From NCBI GenBank assembly GCA_050261235.1, contig JBLNDB010000024.1:4189-68188 (forward strand): a stretch of DNA of 64,000 nucleotides, written 5' to 3'. Origin of the DNA: Chloroflexota bacterium (GTDB lineage: Bacteria > Bacillota > Sulfobacillia > JBFLWA01 > JBLNDB01). Below are positions 47,015-55,641 of this stretch, piece after piece; within the stretch, counting starts at the first letter, position 1, and every line of letters starts with the position of its first letter. The notes below the pieces were generated by a model. The model worked only from the letters and a program-made list of their open reading frames with translations. It did not search any database and was not told the DNA's origin. Both the position numbers and the translations under genes were made by a program.

Positions 47015-48178
47015 TCAGCGGGCGTCGCGGCGCAGGCTCGCGATGTAGCCGCGATAGTTGTGGAGAAAGTCGGCCAGGCAGTCGCCGCCGAACTTGATCA
47101 GCAGTTCATCGGCCAGCACCAGCGTCACCGCGGCCTCGGCGACGACGGCCGCCGCCGGGACAGCGCAGACGTCGGCACGGTGCTCCGCCGGGGGCGCTGC
47201 CTGGCCAGTCGCCAGATCGATGCTCGGCAGCCCCTTGCCGAGCGAGGCGATCGGCTTCATGGCGGCCCGCACGGCAATCCGACCGCCGGTGCTGACCCCG
47301 CCTTCGATGCCACCGGCGCGGTTCGCGCTCCGGCGCGGGCCGTCCGGTCCGGGCAGGATTGGATCATGGACCGCCGAGCCCGGTCGCCCGGCGTTTTCGA
47401 ATGCTGGCCCGATCTCGACGCCCTTGATCGCCGGAATCGACATCACGGCCGAAGCCAGACGCGCGTCAAGGCGGCGGTCGGCCTCGGCATAGGCGCCGAG
47501 CCCGGGCGGCAATCCGTCGGCCAGAACAGCGAACGTGCCGCCAAGCGTATCGCCCGCCGCCTTCGCCGCATCGATGGCCGCCATCATCCGCTCAGCTGCA
47601 GCAGCGTCGCCGCAGCGGACCGGCGACCGCTCAGCGGCAGCGAGCCACTCGTCATCGACCTCGCCCCAGGTCAGGGCGCTGGTCGCGACATCACCAATCG
47701 ACAGCACGTGGCTCCGCACCGTCGCCCCAACCGCATCGAGTAGGGCTGCGGCGACCGCTGCCAACGCCACGCGCGCTGCGGTCTCACGGGCGCTCGCCCG
47801 CTCGAGGACATCGCGCAGGTCGGCAAGACCATACTTCTGACTGCCAGCCAGATCGGCATGCCCGGGCCGTGGACGAGTCACCGGATCGGCGGCCGCCCCG
47901 GCATCGACGCGCATCACCTGTTCCCAGTTGGGCCAATCGCGGTTGCGGATGAGCAGCGATACCGGACCGCCCGTGGTCCGCCCGCCCCGCACGCCGCCGA
48001 CGATCTCGGCCCGGTCGGCCTCAATCTCCATCCGGCGCCCGCGCCCGTAGCCGCTCTGCCGCCGCCCGAGCGCGCGCGCCAGGCTGTCGGCGTCGACCGG
48101 CAGGCCGGCCGGCAGGCCGTCGATGACTGCAGTCAGCATCGGACCGTGAGATTCTCCGGCAGTCAACCAGCGCAGCAT
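47015..48178 (-). CDS. aroC: Chorismate synthase
   Basis: TAGESHG, PRPGHAD, ERASARETA, GGIEGG, MKPI. Confidence 0.97.
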   Translation of the reverse strand: MLRWLTAGESHGPMLTAVIDGLPAGLPVDADSLARALGRRQSGYGRGRRMEIEADRAEIVGGVRGGRTTGGPVSLLIRNRDWPNWEQVMRVDAGAAADPVTRPRPGHADLAGSQKYGLADLRDVLERASARETAARVALAAVAAALLDAVGATVRSHVLSIGDVATSALTWGEVDDEWLAAAERSPVRCGDAAAAERMMAAIDAAKAAGDTLGGTFAVLADGLPPGLGAYAEADRRLDARLASAVMSIPAIKGVEIGPAFENAGRPGSAVHDPILPGPDGPRRSANRAGGIEGGVSTGGRIAVRAAMKPIASLGKGLPSIDLATGQAAPPAEHRADVCAVPAAAVVAEAAVTLVLADELLIKFGGDCLADFLHNYRGYIASLRRDAR

Positions 48179-48182
48179 GTCC

Positions 48183-48926
48183 CTACCACCCGAGGTAAGC
48201 CCGCAGCGCGGGCTCGAGTTGCGGCCAGGTGAGCGCGACCACGACCGCCGCCACTGTCAGCGGCGGCGCGAACGGGATGTACGATTTCAGCGTCGCGCGA
48301 CGGAAGGCGATCAGCGCGATGCCGATCAGGGCCCCGGCGATGACGCCGGCAAGCACTGCCGCGGCGCCGGCCTTGAGACCGAGTATGGCACCGATGGCGG
48401 CGGCAAGCTTGATGTCACCACCGCCGAGTTTGCCCGCGCCGATGAGGCCGATGATCAAGAACCCTCCGCCGCACACGGCCAGCCCCAGCAGGGAACTGGC
48501 AAGCCGCCCGGTGGCTGCGGCGAGCGCGAGCCCGGCGATGATCGCCGGGACAGTGAGCGCGTTCGGGATGATGCGGCTGTCGATGTCGGTGAAGAAGGCA
48601 ACGATGCCTACGAAGATCGTCACCCACGCGGCAACCAGCCCAGAGGTCAAGCCAAGGAGGACGTAGGCGGCAAGAAAGAGTCCTCCGGCAAGCAGCTCGA
48701 CCAGCGGGTAGCGCGGCGCGATCGGTGCGCCGCAGTAGCGGCAGCGGCCGCGCAGCAGGGCAAAGCTCACCACGGGCACGAGGTCGCCCGGCGCGAGCGT
48801 CCGGCCGCAGTTGGTGCAGTGTGAGCGCGGCCTGGCGATCGACTCATGCCGCGGCAGGCGATAGATGCAGACGTTGGCGAAGCTGCCGAGACACAGACCA
48901 AGCGCGAAAACGAGGGTCGCGATCAT
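48183..48926 (-). CDS. Prepilin peptidase (A24, PilD/ComC type)
   Basis: GSFANVCIYRLP, RSHCTNC, GRCRYC, GGGDIKL, IPFAP. Confidence 0.93.
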   Translation of the reverse strand: MIATLVFALGLCLGSFANVCIYRLPRHESIARPRSHCTNCGRTLAPGDLVPVVSFALLRGRCRYCGAPIAPRYPLVELLAGGLFLAAYVLLGLTSGLVAAWVTIFVGIVAFFTDIDSRIIPNALTVPAIIAGLALAAATGRLASSLLGLAVCGGGFLIIGLIGAGKLGGGDIKLAAAIGAILGLKAGAAAVLAGVIAGALIGIALIAFRRATLKSYIPFAPPLTVAAVVVALTWPQLEPALRAYLGW

Positions 48927-48929
48927 CGG

Positions 48930-49808
48930 TTATGGTTCCTCCCCCGGCCGGCGAACCGCGGCCAGCATCGCAGCGATTGGCGCCGGCAGGCCGGTCCAGC
49001 GGCTGAACGCCGCGGCGGCCTGCTCGACCAGCATCCGCAGTCCGTCAGTCGTCGCCCGCCCGGCAGCTGCCGCCGCCCGGCAGAACGGCGTCGGGCCTGT
49101 CAAATCGTAGTTCATGTCGAAGCAGAGCGCATCGGCAGCCAGCGCCGACAGGTCGAGCGGCAGCCACTGGGGCGTGTCGCGACCACTGCTGGTCGCCTGC
49201 ACGACGAGCCGGCACCGCGCGGCCAGGTCTCCCGGAACGGTGGCACTGCCCAGCGCCACGACCGGCGGCTGGTCGCCGCCGCTCCTGCCGTCGCCGCCTG
49301 CGATGGCCTCAGCCAGCTGACGTGCCCGCTCTGGCCGGCGGCCGACGACCACCACCGGCACCGCGCAGCCGACCAGCCAGGTCACAGCCGCGCGCGCCGC
49401 GCCGCCGTTGCCGAGCACGAGAGCCGGACGGCCGGCGCCTGCCTGCGGCGACCAGCCTGCAGCCAGCAGCGCGCGGCCGAAGCCTTCGATGTCGGTATTG
49501 TCACCGCGCAACCAGCCCCGGTCGCTGACGACCGTGTTGACGGCCCCCGCCCGGCGAGCTTCGTCTGTCAGTTCGTCAAGATACGGCAGGATTGTCTGTT
49601 TGTGGGGCAAGGTGACGTTGAAGCCCCGCCACTGTTCGGCCCGCAACGCGGACACGACCGGCGCGAGCTCCTCCGGAGCGACGTCGCGCAGCCGGTAGCG
49701 CCAGTCCAGCCCCGTGGCGGCAAAGGCGGCGGCATGGATGCGGGGCGACAGGCTGTGGCCCACGGGATGGCCAATCAGACCGACGATCCTCTCACCAAGC
49801 GTCGCCAC
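48930..49808 (-). CDS. aroE: Shikimate dehydrogenase
   Basis: GHPVGHSLSP, NVTLPHK, GAVNT, NTD, G.GGAARA, GLRMLVEQA. Confidence 0.95.
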   Translation of the reverse strand: MATLGERIVGLIGHPVGHSLSPRIHAAAFAATGLDWRYRLRDVAPEELAPVVSALRAEQWRGFNVTLPHKQTILPYLDELTDEARRAGAVNTVVSDRGWLRGDNTDIEGFGRALLAAGWSPQAGAGRPALVLGNGGAARAAVTWLVGCAVPVVVVGRRPERARQLAEAIAGGDGRSGGDQPPVVALGSATVPGDLAARCRLVVQATSSGRDTPQWLPLDLSALAADALCFDMNYDLTGPTPFCRAAAAAGRATTDGLRMLVEQAAAAFSRWTGLPAPIAAMLAAVRRPGEEP

Positions 49809-49929
49809 GCGCCCACCCCCTGCTGTAGCTTTCGCTTCCGGCCGCCGGCATCCTGCCGGGGAAAACGAGAAGGGCAGGCCGTCCGGCCTGCCCGTCCCGT
49901 TACTATTCGACCGCCGGCGATGGCCGGGA

Positions 49930-50139
49930 TCACCTGCAGAAGTAGAGATTCACCATCAGCCTGCCAGCGCGCGCCGCCAGACCGACATCGTGGAGATGGT
50001 AGCCAGTGAGATCGGGACGCGAAGCCCGCACTTCGCGCACCAGCCGGCGCACGCGGCCGATGACGGCAGCCCCGCGGCCGGCGCCAAGGTCGTCGATGGC
50101 GACGACGCGCCTCACCACTATGGCGTCCAGTGCCTCCAA
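49930..50139 (-). CDS. Small hypothetical protein (69 aa)
   Basis: TTG start 8 nt after GGGAGG; followed by hairpin GGGCAGGCC/GGCCTGCCC near 49872-49894. Confidence 0.5.
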   Translation of the reverse strand: MEALDAIVVRRVVAIDDLGAGRGAAVIGRVRRLVREVRASRPDLTGYHLHDVGLAARAGRLMVNLYFCR

Positions 50140-50289
50140 GTTCCGTCCCTCCCGCGTTCCGCTACTACAGATTATGCCCGCGGCGAGGAGAAGCAAAACA
50201 GCCGAAGCGGCCGCTCGCAGGCCTGACCTCGGCTGTCGAACTCGGTCGAGCGAAACCCGGCTCGCAGCGCGGCTGCGCTGCATCCCCGG

Positions 50290-50802
50290 CTACTGTCTGG
50301 CAATCCAGCCCCAGCGCACCATGGCGCGGAGCAGTGGCCGCTCGAGAATCCGCTTGACGCGGGTGCCAACGAACTCACGCTCGCTCAGGGGGACGACGAG
50401 AATGCTGAAGATGCCCATGCGGTTGGCGCCGACGACGTCGGGGTAGATCTGATCGCCCAGCGCGGCAGTCTCACCCGCCCTGGTGCCGAGCACGGCGAGG
50501 GCGGCATGGTAGGCACGGGCTGCCGGCTTCCGGCCCTCGACGATCCACGGGACGCCGAGCGCCTTGGCGAACGCCGAGACCCGTTCCGGCGTGTTGTTCG
50601 ACATCAGGCAGGCGGAGATGCCGGCGGCCCGCAACGCCTCGAGCCAGCGCAGCAGCTTCTCGGGGGCGATCGGGTCGTTCCACGGGACGAGCGTGTTGTC
50701 GATGTCGAGGATCAGACCGCGGATGCCGCGCTGAGCGAGCATGTCCGGGTCGACGCGGTAGATGGACTCGAGGTAGAGCTTTGGGCGAAGCGTCTCCAGC
50801 AT
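50290..50802 (-). CDS. yqeG: YqeG family HAD IIIA phosphatase
   Basis: LDIDNTL, SNN, KP, GDQIYPDVVGANRMG. Confidence 0.93.
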   Translation of the reverse strand: MLETLRPKLYLESIYRVDPDMLAQRGIRGLILDIDNTLVPWNDPIAPEKLLRWLEALRAAGISACLMSNNTPERVSAFAKALGVPWIVEGRKPAARAYHAALAVLGTRAGETAALGDQIYPDVVGANRMGIFSILVVPLSEREFVGTRVKRILERPLLRAMVRWGWIARQ

Positions 50803-50914
50803 GGCTGCCTCCTGAGCGGATTGCTGGCGGTCAGAATTCGTCACCGTGACAGTCTATTCCTACCCACGCTTGCGGGAGCGCTGCCACCTCTGCGCCGACA
50901 AGCAAACCGAGCAG

Positions 50915-51628
50915 TCACTGCGGACTGCCCGGCAGGTTGAGGTCACGACACAGCTTGCCGACTGCCTTTTTCTCGATGCGTGAGACGTATGAGCGGGAGA
51001 TGCCCATCAGCCACGCGATCTCCCGTTGTGTCCAGCGCTTGCCGTTGGTCAGGCCGTAGCGCAGCTCGAGCACCTGCCGTTCCTTGTCATCGAGGTCGCG
51101 CAGCTTTTCGCGCAGGCGCTTCTCCTCGTACCGGGTGTCGACTCGCTCGGCGACTTCGTCGGGCTCGGTGAACAGGACGTCCATGTAGGTGATCTCGTTT
51201 CCCTCGCGGTCGACGCCGATCGGGTCGTAGAGTGAGACCTCGCTCCGGTTGCGTTTCGTATACCGGAGGTGCATCAGGATCTCGTTCTCGATACAGCGCG
51301 CAGCGTAGGTCGCCAGCCGGGTCCCCTTGTTCGGGTTGAACGTACTGATTCCCTTGATCAGACCGACGGTGCCGATGGAAATGAGGTCGTCCACATCCTC
51401 GCCGGTGTTGTCGAACTTCTTGACGATGTGGGCGACCAGGCGGAGGTTGCGCTCGACCAGCACGTTGCGGGCGTCGGGGTCGCCTTTGGTCATCAGGGCG
51501 ATGTAACGGGCCTCTTCGTCGTCAGACAGTGGCTGCGGAAACGTCGAGCCGCTCCCGACGAATCCCCCAAGTATTTGCAGGGCTCTCAGGATCAGCGCCG
51601 CCGCCCCGGCCAGGAGCCCGATAGCCAT
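50915..51628 (-). CDS. sigK: Pro-sigmaK sporulation sigma factor, uninterrupted
   Basis: Hydrophobic pro-sequence, FPQPLS, NLRLVAHIVKKF, LATYAARCIENEILM, GVDREGNEI, ISRSYVSRIEKKA. Confidence 0.95.
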   Translation of the reverse strand: MAIGLLAGAAALILRALQILGGFVGSGSTFPQPLSDDEEARYIALMTKGDPDARNVLVERNLRLVAHIVKKFDNTGEDVDDLISIGTVGLIKGISTFNPNKGTRLATYAARCIENEILMHLRYTKRNRSEVSLYDPIGVDREGNEITYMDVLFTEPDEVAERVDTRYEEKRLREKLRDLDDKERQVLELRYGLTNGKRWTQREIAWLMGISRSYVSRIEKKAVGKLCRDLNLPGSPQ

Positions 51629-51789
51629 CATCACACCTCCGGCTGTTTGGGGTCGCCTTATAAGGATATGATGGCGGAGCGGGCGGCGTGCCTGTCCGCG
51701 CGGCTGGGAGATCGCGGGCAGCAATGAAGGAAATGGCTCGCGCGGGCCGGAATGGAATACGCCGAATTCAGCGTCGGGAGGTCTTGGCA

Positions 51790-52734
51790 ATGGATGAACA
51801 CAGCGCGTGGCAACGGCTGCTCCAAGATATGTTCCCCGGTATCATCGTCACAGCCGCCGAGGGACTGCGCGACTGGTCCCAGTCGCAGGTCATCAGGCTC
51901 ACCGCCCGCAGGGACGGGACTGCGCTGCGACTGTTCGCGAAACGCGACCGCTCCGCCGGCGACCGCGAGGCTGCGGTCTGCCGCGCTGCCGCGCGTATGC
52001 GCGGCTTCCCGGCCCCGCGGGCCGGCTTCGTCACCGGTCCGGACGGCGCCGAGTGGTTGGTCATCGGCGAGGCCAGGGGCACCCGCCTGTGCGACCTGCC
52101 CGCCACTGACTGGGTCACCGCCTGCCGCGCCCTCGCCGCCTTCCATGAGCAGGCGGCGGCCGAGAACTGGGCCGCGGGCATCGCCGGCCTGCCGGCGCTG
52201 GCGGACAGACTCCCTGGTCTGCCGTGGCCGGTGCTGGACGCCACGCGGCGGTGCGCCGACGTCGGCCAGTACACGGGCATCGACCAGGCTGCTCTCGCCG
52301 GCGTGGCTGACCGGCTCGGGGAGTCATGGCCGAGGATCGCCGCTGAGATCGCCGGCTTCCCGCAGACCCTCGTGCATGGCGACAGCCACAGCGGCAACCT
52401 CTTCCTCGACCCGGGCGGGAGCATCGAGTTGATCGACTGGGCAGGCGCCGAGGTCGGTCCCGGGCTATGCGACCTGATCGGCCTGTTCGACACCGCCGCA
52501 CGGATGCGCGAACACTGCCCGGAGGCAGCGGCGCTGGCGGCGTACCGCGAGCGACTTGGCCCGCGGTCGCGGGAGCAGTACGGCGACTTCAGCCGCGCCT
52601 GCGATTGTCTGCGAGTGCTGCGCGGCCTGACCGAGCTCGAATGGTTCGCCGCGTCTGGCGACGACTACGGCGAACGCGCCAACTGCGAGTTCGAGAAGAT
52701 CGCGGCCAGTCTCGACCGCCTCCAGCAACCGTAA
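51790..52734 (+). CDS. Aminoglycoside-phosphotransferase-like kinase
   Basis: FAKR, LVHGDSHSGN Brenner motif, LIDWAG. Confidence 0.8.
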   Translation: MDEHSAWQRLLQDMFPGIIVTAAEGLRDWSQSQVIRLTARRDGTALRLFAKRDRSAGDREAAVCRAAARMRGFPAPRAGFVTGPDGAEWLVIGEARGTRLCDLPATDWVTACRALAAFHEQAAAENWAAGIAGLPALADRLPGLPWPVLDATRRCADVGQYTGIDQAALAGVADRLGESWPRIAAEIAGFPQTLVHGDSHSGNLFLDPGGSIELIDWAGAEVGPGLCDLIGLFDTAARMREHCPEAAALAAYRERLGPRSREQYGDFSRACDCLRVLRGLTELEWFAASGDDYGERANCEFEKIAASLDRLQQP

Positions 52735-52755
52735 GAAGCGACAGGCGCGAGAAAC

Positions 52756-54372
52756 CTAATCCAGAATGCGCGTCATGATATCGCGGAAGATCGGTGCCGC
52801 GCTCTGGCCACCGGAGACCCCTTCCTCAGCCAGAACGCAGATGACGTATTTCGGGCCGAACTCCGGGGCATAGCCGACAAACCAGGCGTCAACGGCATCG
52901 CGACCGTCAATGCTCGCCTCGGCGGATCCGGTCTTGCCGGCCGAACCGTAGCCCGGCACGAACCCTGGCACGCCAGTGCCGTGGTCAGTGGCGGCGCGCA
53001 GGCTGGCCTGCAACTCGGCGGCAACGGCCTGGTCGAGCACGCGGCGCGGCGTGGGCGCCGCCGTCCGCTGCAGCACGAGCCCATTGCCGTCACGCAGTTC
53101 GCGCACCAGACGGACGCCGGGATCAACGCCGCCATTGGCGATGATGTTCATCATCCGGGCCACCTGCAGCGGCGTCGCCAGCACCTGTCCCTGCCCGAGC
53201 GCCGTGTTGGCGAGATCGCCGGCGTGCACGTCCTTGGCCTGCGGCAGGTTGCCGGCCGACTCGCCGGGCAGACCAGTACCGGCGGCGACGCCGAACCCGA
53301 GCCGGCCGGCCATCTCAAGCAGCGCCTCGGCGCCGACGCGCTGGGCGATCTGGATGAACGCCACGTTGCAGGACTGAGCCAGGGCCTCGCGCATGGTCAG
53401 GATCCCGTGACCGCCGCGGTCGCGGGCGTGACAGTCGAACGTCAGGCGGCCGACAGTGGTGAAGCCGGGGCAGACGAACGTCTCGGTCGGCGCCACCAAG
53501 CCCCGCTCGAGGGCGGCAGCTGCGGTGACGAGCTTGAACGTCGACCCCGGCGGATAGCCGAGGCCGCTCAGCGCCCGGTTGATGAACGGCGAATCGCCGG
53601 CGTTGAGTGAGTTTTCCGGCTGCCGCTGGTCGAACGACGGCGCGCTGGCCATGGCCAGGATGTCGCCGCTTGCGACATCGAGGACGACTACTGCGCCTTT
53701 GGTCAGCGACCGGCGGACGACATCCTCGACGGCCCGCTGAATGCCGGCGTCGATGGTGAGGACCACGTTCGCCATGCCCGCCGGCCCGCCGCGCAGCTGA
53801 TCGTCGAACTGCTGCTCGATCCCGGAGACGCCGCGGTTGGCGTAGTTGATGTAGCCGACGACATGGCTGGCGAGGGCGTTCGGACCGTAGCGGACATGCT
53901 CGGTCATGACGAGGATGCCGGGCAGGCGCGCTGCCTCGACTTGCGCAGCGACGTCCGCCGAGACGCCGGAGACGACCCTGACCGCCGGCGCGTCGCTTGC
54001 CAGCCGCGCGCTGATTGTGTCGCGGCTGGCGCCGGTCAGCCGGGCAATGGCGGTGGCAACGGCGGATCTATCCTTGACCAGCGCCGGGAAGGCCACGACG
54101 GCGCGAGACTGGCGCGGGTCGGTAAGCGGTGTCAGGTGAGCGTCGAGGATACGCCCGCGCGGAATGTCGGTCGGCAACTGTGCCAACCACTGCCGTGAGG
54201 CTTCCTGTCCGAGCGCGCTGGCCCGGAAGATCTGCCAGTAGGCGAGCCGGCCGAGGAGCAGGGTGACGCCGACGGCCACGATGACCGCCACCCGATAGAT
54301 CGCCTGTTGCCTGCCGATGGCCGCACGTTCGGCCTCATCGTGCGGGTTCCGCGTCAGCCGCTGTCCTTCCAT
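52756..54372 (-). CDS. Class B penicillin-binding protein (PbpI/SpoVD-like)
   Basis: PRGRILD, GVSGIE, PGSTFK, SCN, GKTGSA, AWFVG. Confidence 0.92.
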   Translation of the reverse strand: MEGQRLTRNPHDEAERAAIGRQQAIYRVAVIVAVGVTLLLGRLAYWQIFRASALGQEASRQWLAQLPTDIPRGRILDAHLTPLTDPRQSRAVVAFPALVKDRSAVATAIARLTGASRDTISARLASDAPAVRVVSGVSADVAAQVEAARLPGILVMTEHVRYGPNALASHVVGYINYANRGVSGIEQQFDDQLRGGPAGMANVVLTIDAGIQRAVEDVVRRSLTKGAVVVLDVASGDILAMASAPSFDQRQPENSLNAGDSPFINRALSGLGYPPGSTFKLVTAAAALERGLVAPTETFVCPGFTTVGRLTFDCHARDRGGHGILTMREALAQSCNVAFIQIAQRVGAEALLEMAGRLGFGVAAGTGLPGESAGNLPQAKDVHAGDLANTALGQGQVLATPLQVARMMNIIANGGVDPGVRLVRELRDGNGLVLQRTAAPTPRRVLDQAVAAELQASLRAATDHGTGVPGFVPGYGSAGKTGSAEASIDGRDAVDAWFVGYAPEFGPKYVICVLAEEGVSGGQSAAPIFRDIMTRILD

Positions 54373-54486
54373 TGGCGCTGCCCCCCATCAGCACCATTGT
54401 CGGCCGGGCGGCGCGCGCCTATACCTCATGCGACAAACAACAAGCCGGCCGCAGTACTGCGGCCGGCTCGGCGTCGTGAGGCGTGA

Positions 54487-55560
54487 CTATTTGCGCCAGG
54501 TCTCGAACATGGCGACGTTCCGGTTGTGCTCAGCCAGCGTCTTGGCGAAGGCATGCGTGCCGTCGAACTTCGAGGCAAAGAACAGGTAATCCGTGTCCGC
54601 CGGCGCCAGCGCTGCCTGAAGCGACGCCAGGCCGGGGTTGGCGATCGGTCCCGGCGGCAGGCCGCCGTTGCGATACGTATTGTAGGGAGAGTCTGTCTCC
54701 AGGTCCTTCAGCGACAAGATGTCCCGTGGTCGCTCAAGGAGGAAATTGACTGTCGCGCAGGACTCGAGCCGCATGCCGATGCGCAGGCGATTCGCGAACA
54801 CGCCGGCGATGATCGGCCGCTCGGCATCGACCTGGGCCTCGCGCTCGACGATCGAGGCGAGCGTGACGACCTGCTGAATGCTCATGCCGCGCGCCGCGGC
54901 CTGTTGCTGCATCTCGGCGGTGAACTTGGCCTTGAACTGGTTGAGCAGCATCCGGATGATCTGCTCGGCAGTCATGCCGCGCGCGTACTGGTAGGTGTCG
55001 GGGAACAGGAAGCCCTCGAGGCGCGAGACGCGGAACCCCTTGGGCGCCCCCTTGCCGGGGGACGGCGCCTTTGCGGGCAGGAAGGCATAATCATCGAATG
55101 TGGCGCTGTCGTCATAGACCAAGCGGTCCCACTCCGCTCGCTCGACGAAACCCTTGCTGGCCAGCAGGTCGCCGATCTGGCGAATCGTGTAGCCCTCGGG
55201 AATCGTGAACGGGTAGGTGATGACCTCACCGCGCACCAGCTTGCCGAGAATCGCCGATGCGGACATGCCGGCAGTCAGCTCGTACTCGCCGACCTTGACG
55301 CTGGCGCCGCGGAGTCGCGCCAGGATCCGGAACGGGAGCGTGCCGCGGATCAGACCGTGGCGGGCCAGATCGTCCGCGACCTGGCGAACGGAGGCGCCCG
55401 GTTTGACATCGATGGTGACTTTATCGGCTGCGCCGGCGTGAACCGGCGACACTGCCCAGAAGGCGACGGCCGCCGTTCCCGCTGCGAGGATCAGCAACGC
55501 GATGAGCACGCCGGCGACGCCGGATCGAACCGATCTCATGCTGCCATTGGCCTTGCGCAC
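54487..55560 (-). CDS. mltG: Endolytic transglycosylase MltG
   Basis: TIPEG, LEGFLFPDTY, LASIVERE, SPYNTY, GLPPGPI; GTG at 55560 after GAGGAGGG. Confidence 0.95.
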   Translation of the reverse strand: MRKANGSMRSVRSGVAGVLIALLILAAGTAAVAFWAVSPVHAGAADKVTIDVKPGASVRQVADDLARHGLIRGTLPFRILARLRGASVKVGEYELTAGMSASAILGKLVRGEVITYPFTIPEGYTIRQIGDLLASKGFVERAEWDRLVYDDSATFDDYAFLPAKAPSPGKGAPKGFRVSRLEGFLFPDTYQYARGMTAEQIIRMLLNQFKAKFTAEMQQQAAARGMSIQQVVTLASIVEREAQVDAERPIIAGVFANRLRIGMRLESCATVNFLLERPRDILSLKDLETDSPYNTYRNGGLPPGPIANPGLASLQAALAPADTDYLFFASKFDGTHAFAKTLAEHNRNVAMFETWRK

Positions 55561-55641
55561 GTGCTCCCTCCTCAGCGTTTCGCTTGACACAGGATTGATT
55601 ATACAATAATCAGCGTCATCGCGCGAGACGCCATCATTCGA

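Noticed and set aside
50915-51628. skin-like element interrupting sigK
   Set aside because: The reading frame is continuous through all sigma regions and no recombinase is present
55584-55604. Leaderless mltG start at GTG 55590, or an antisense TTGACA promoter
   Set aside because: A strong RBS supports GTG 55560, and the plus-strand TTGACA has no correctly spaced -10
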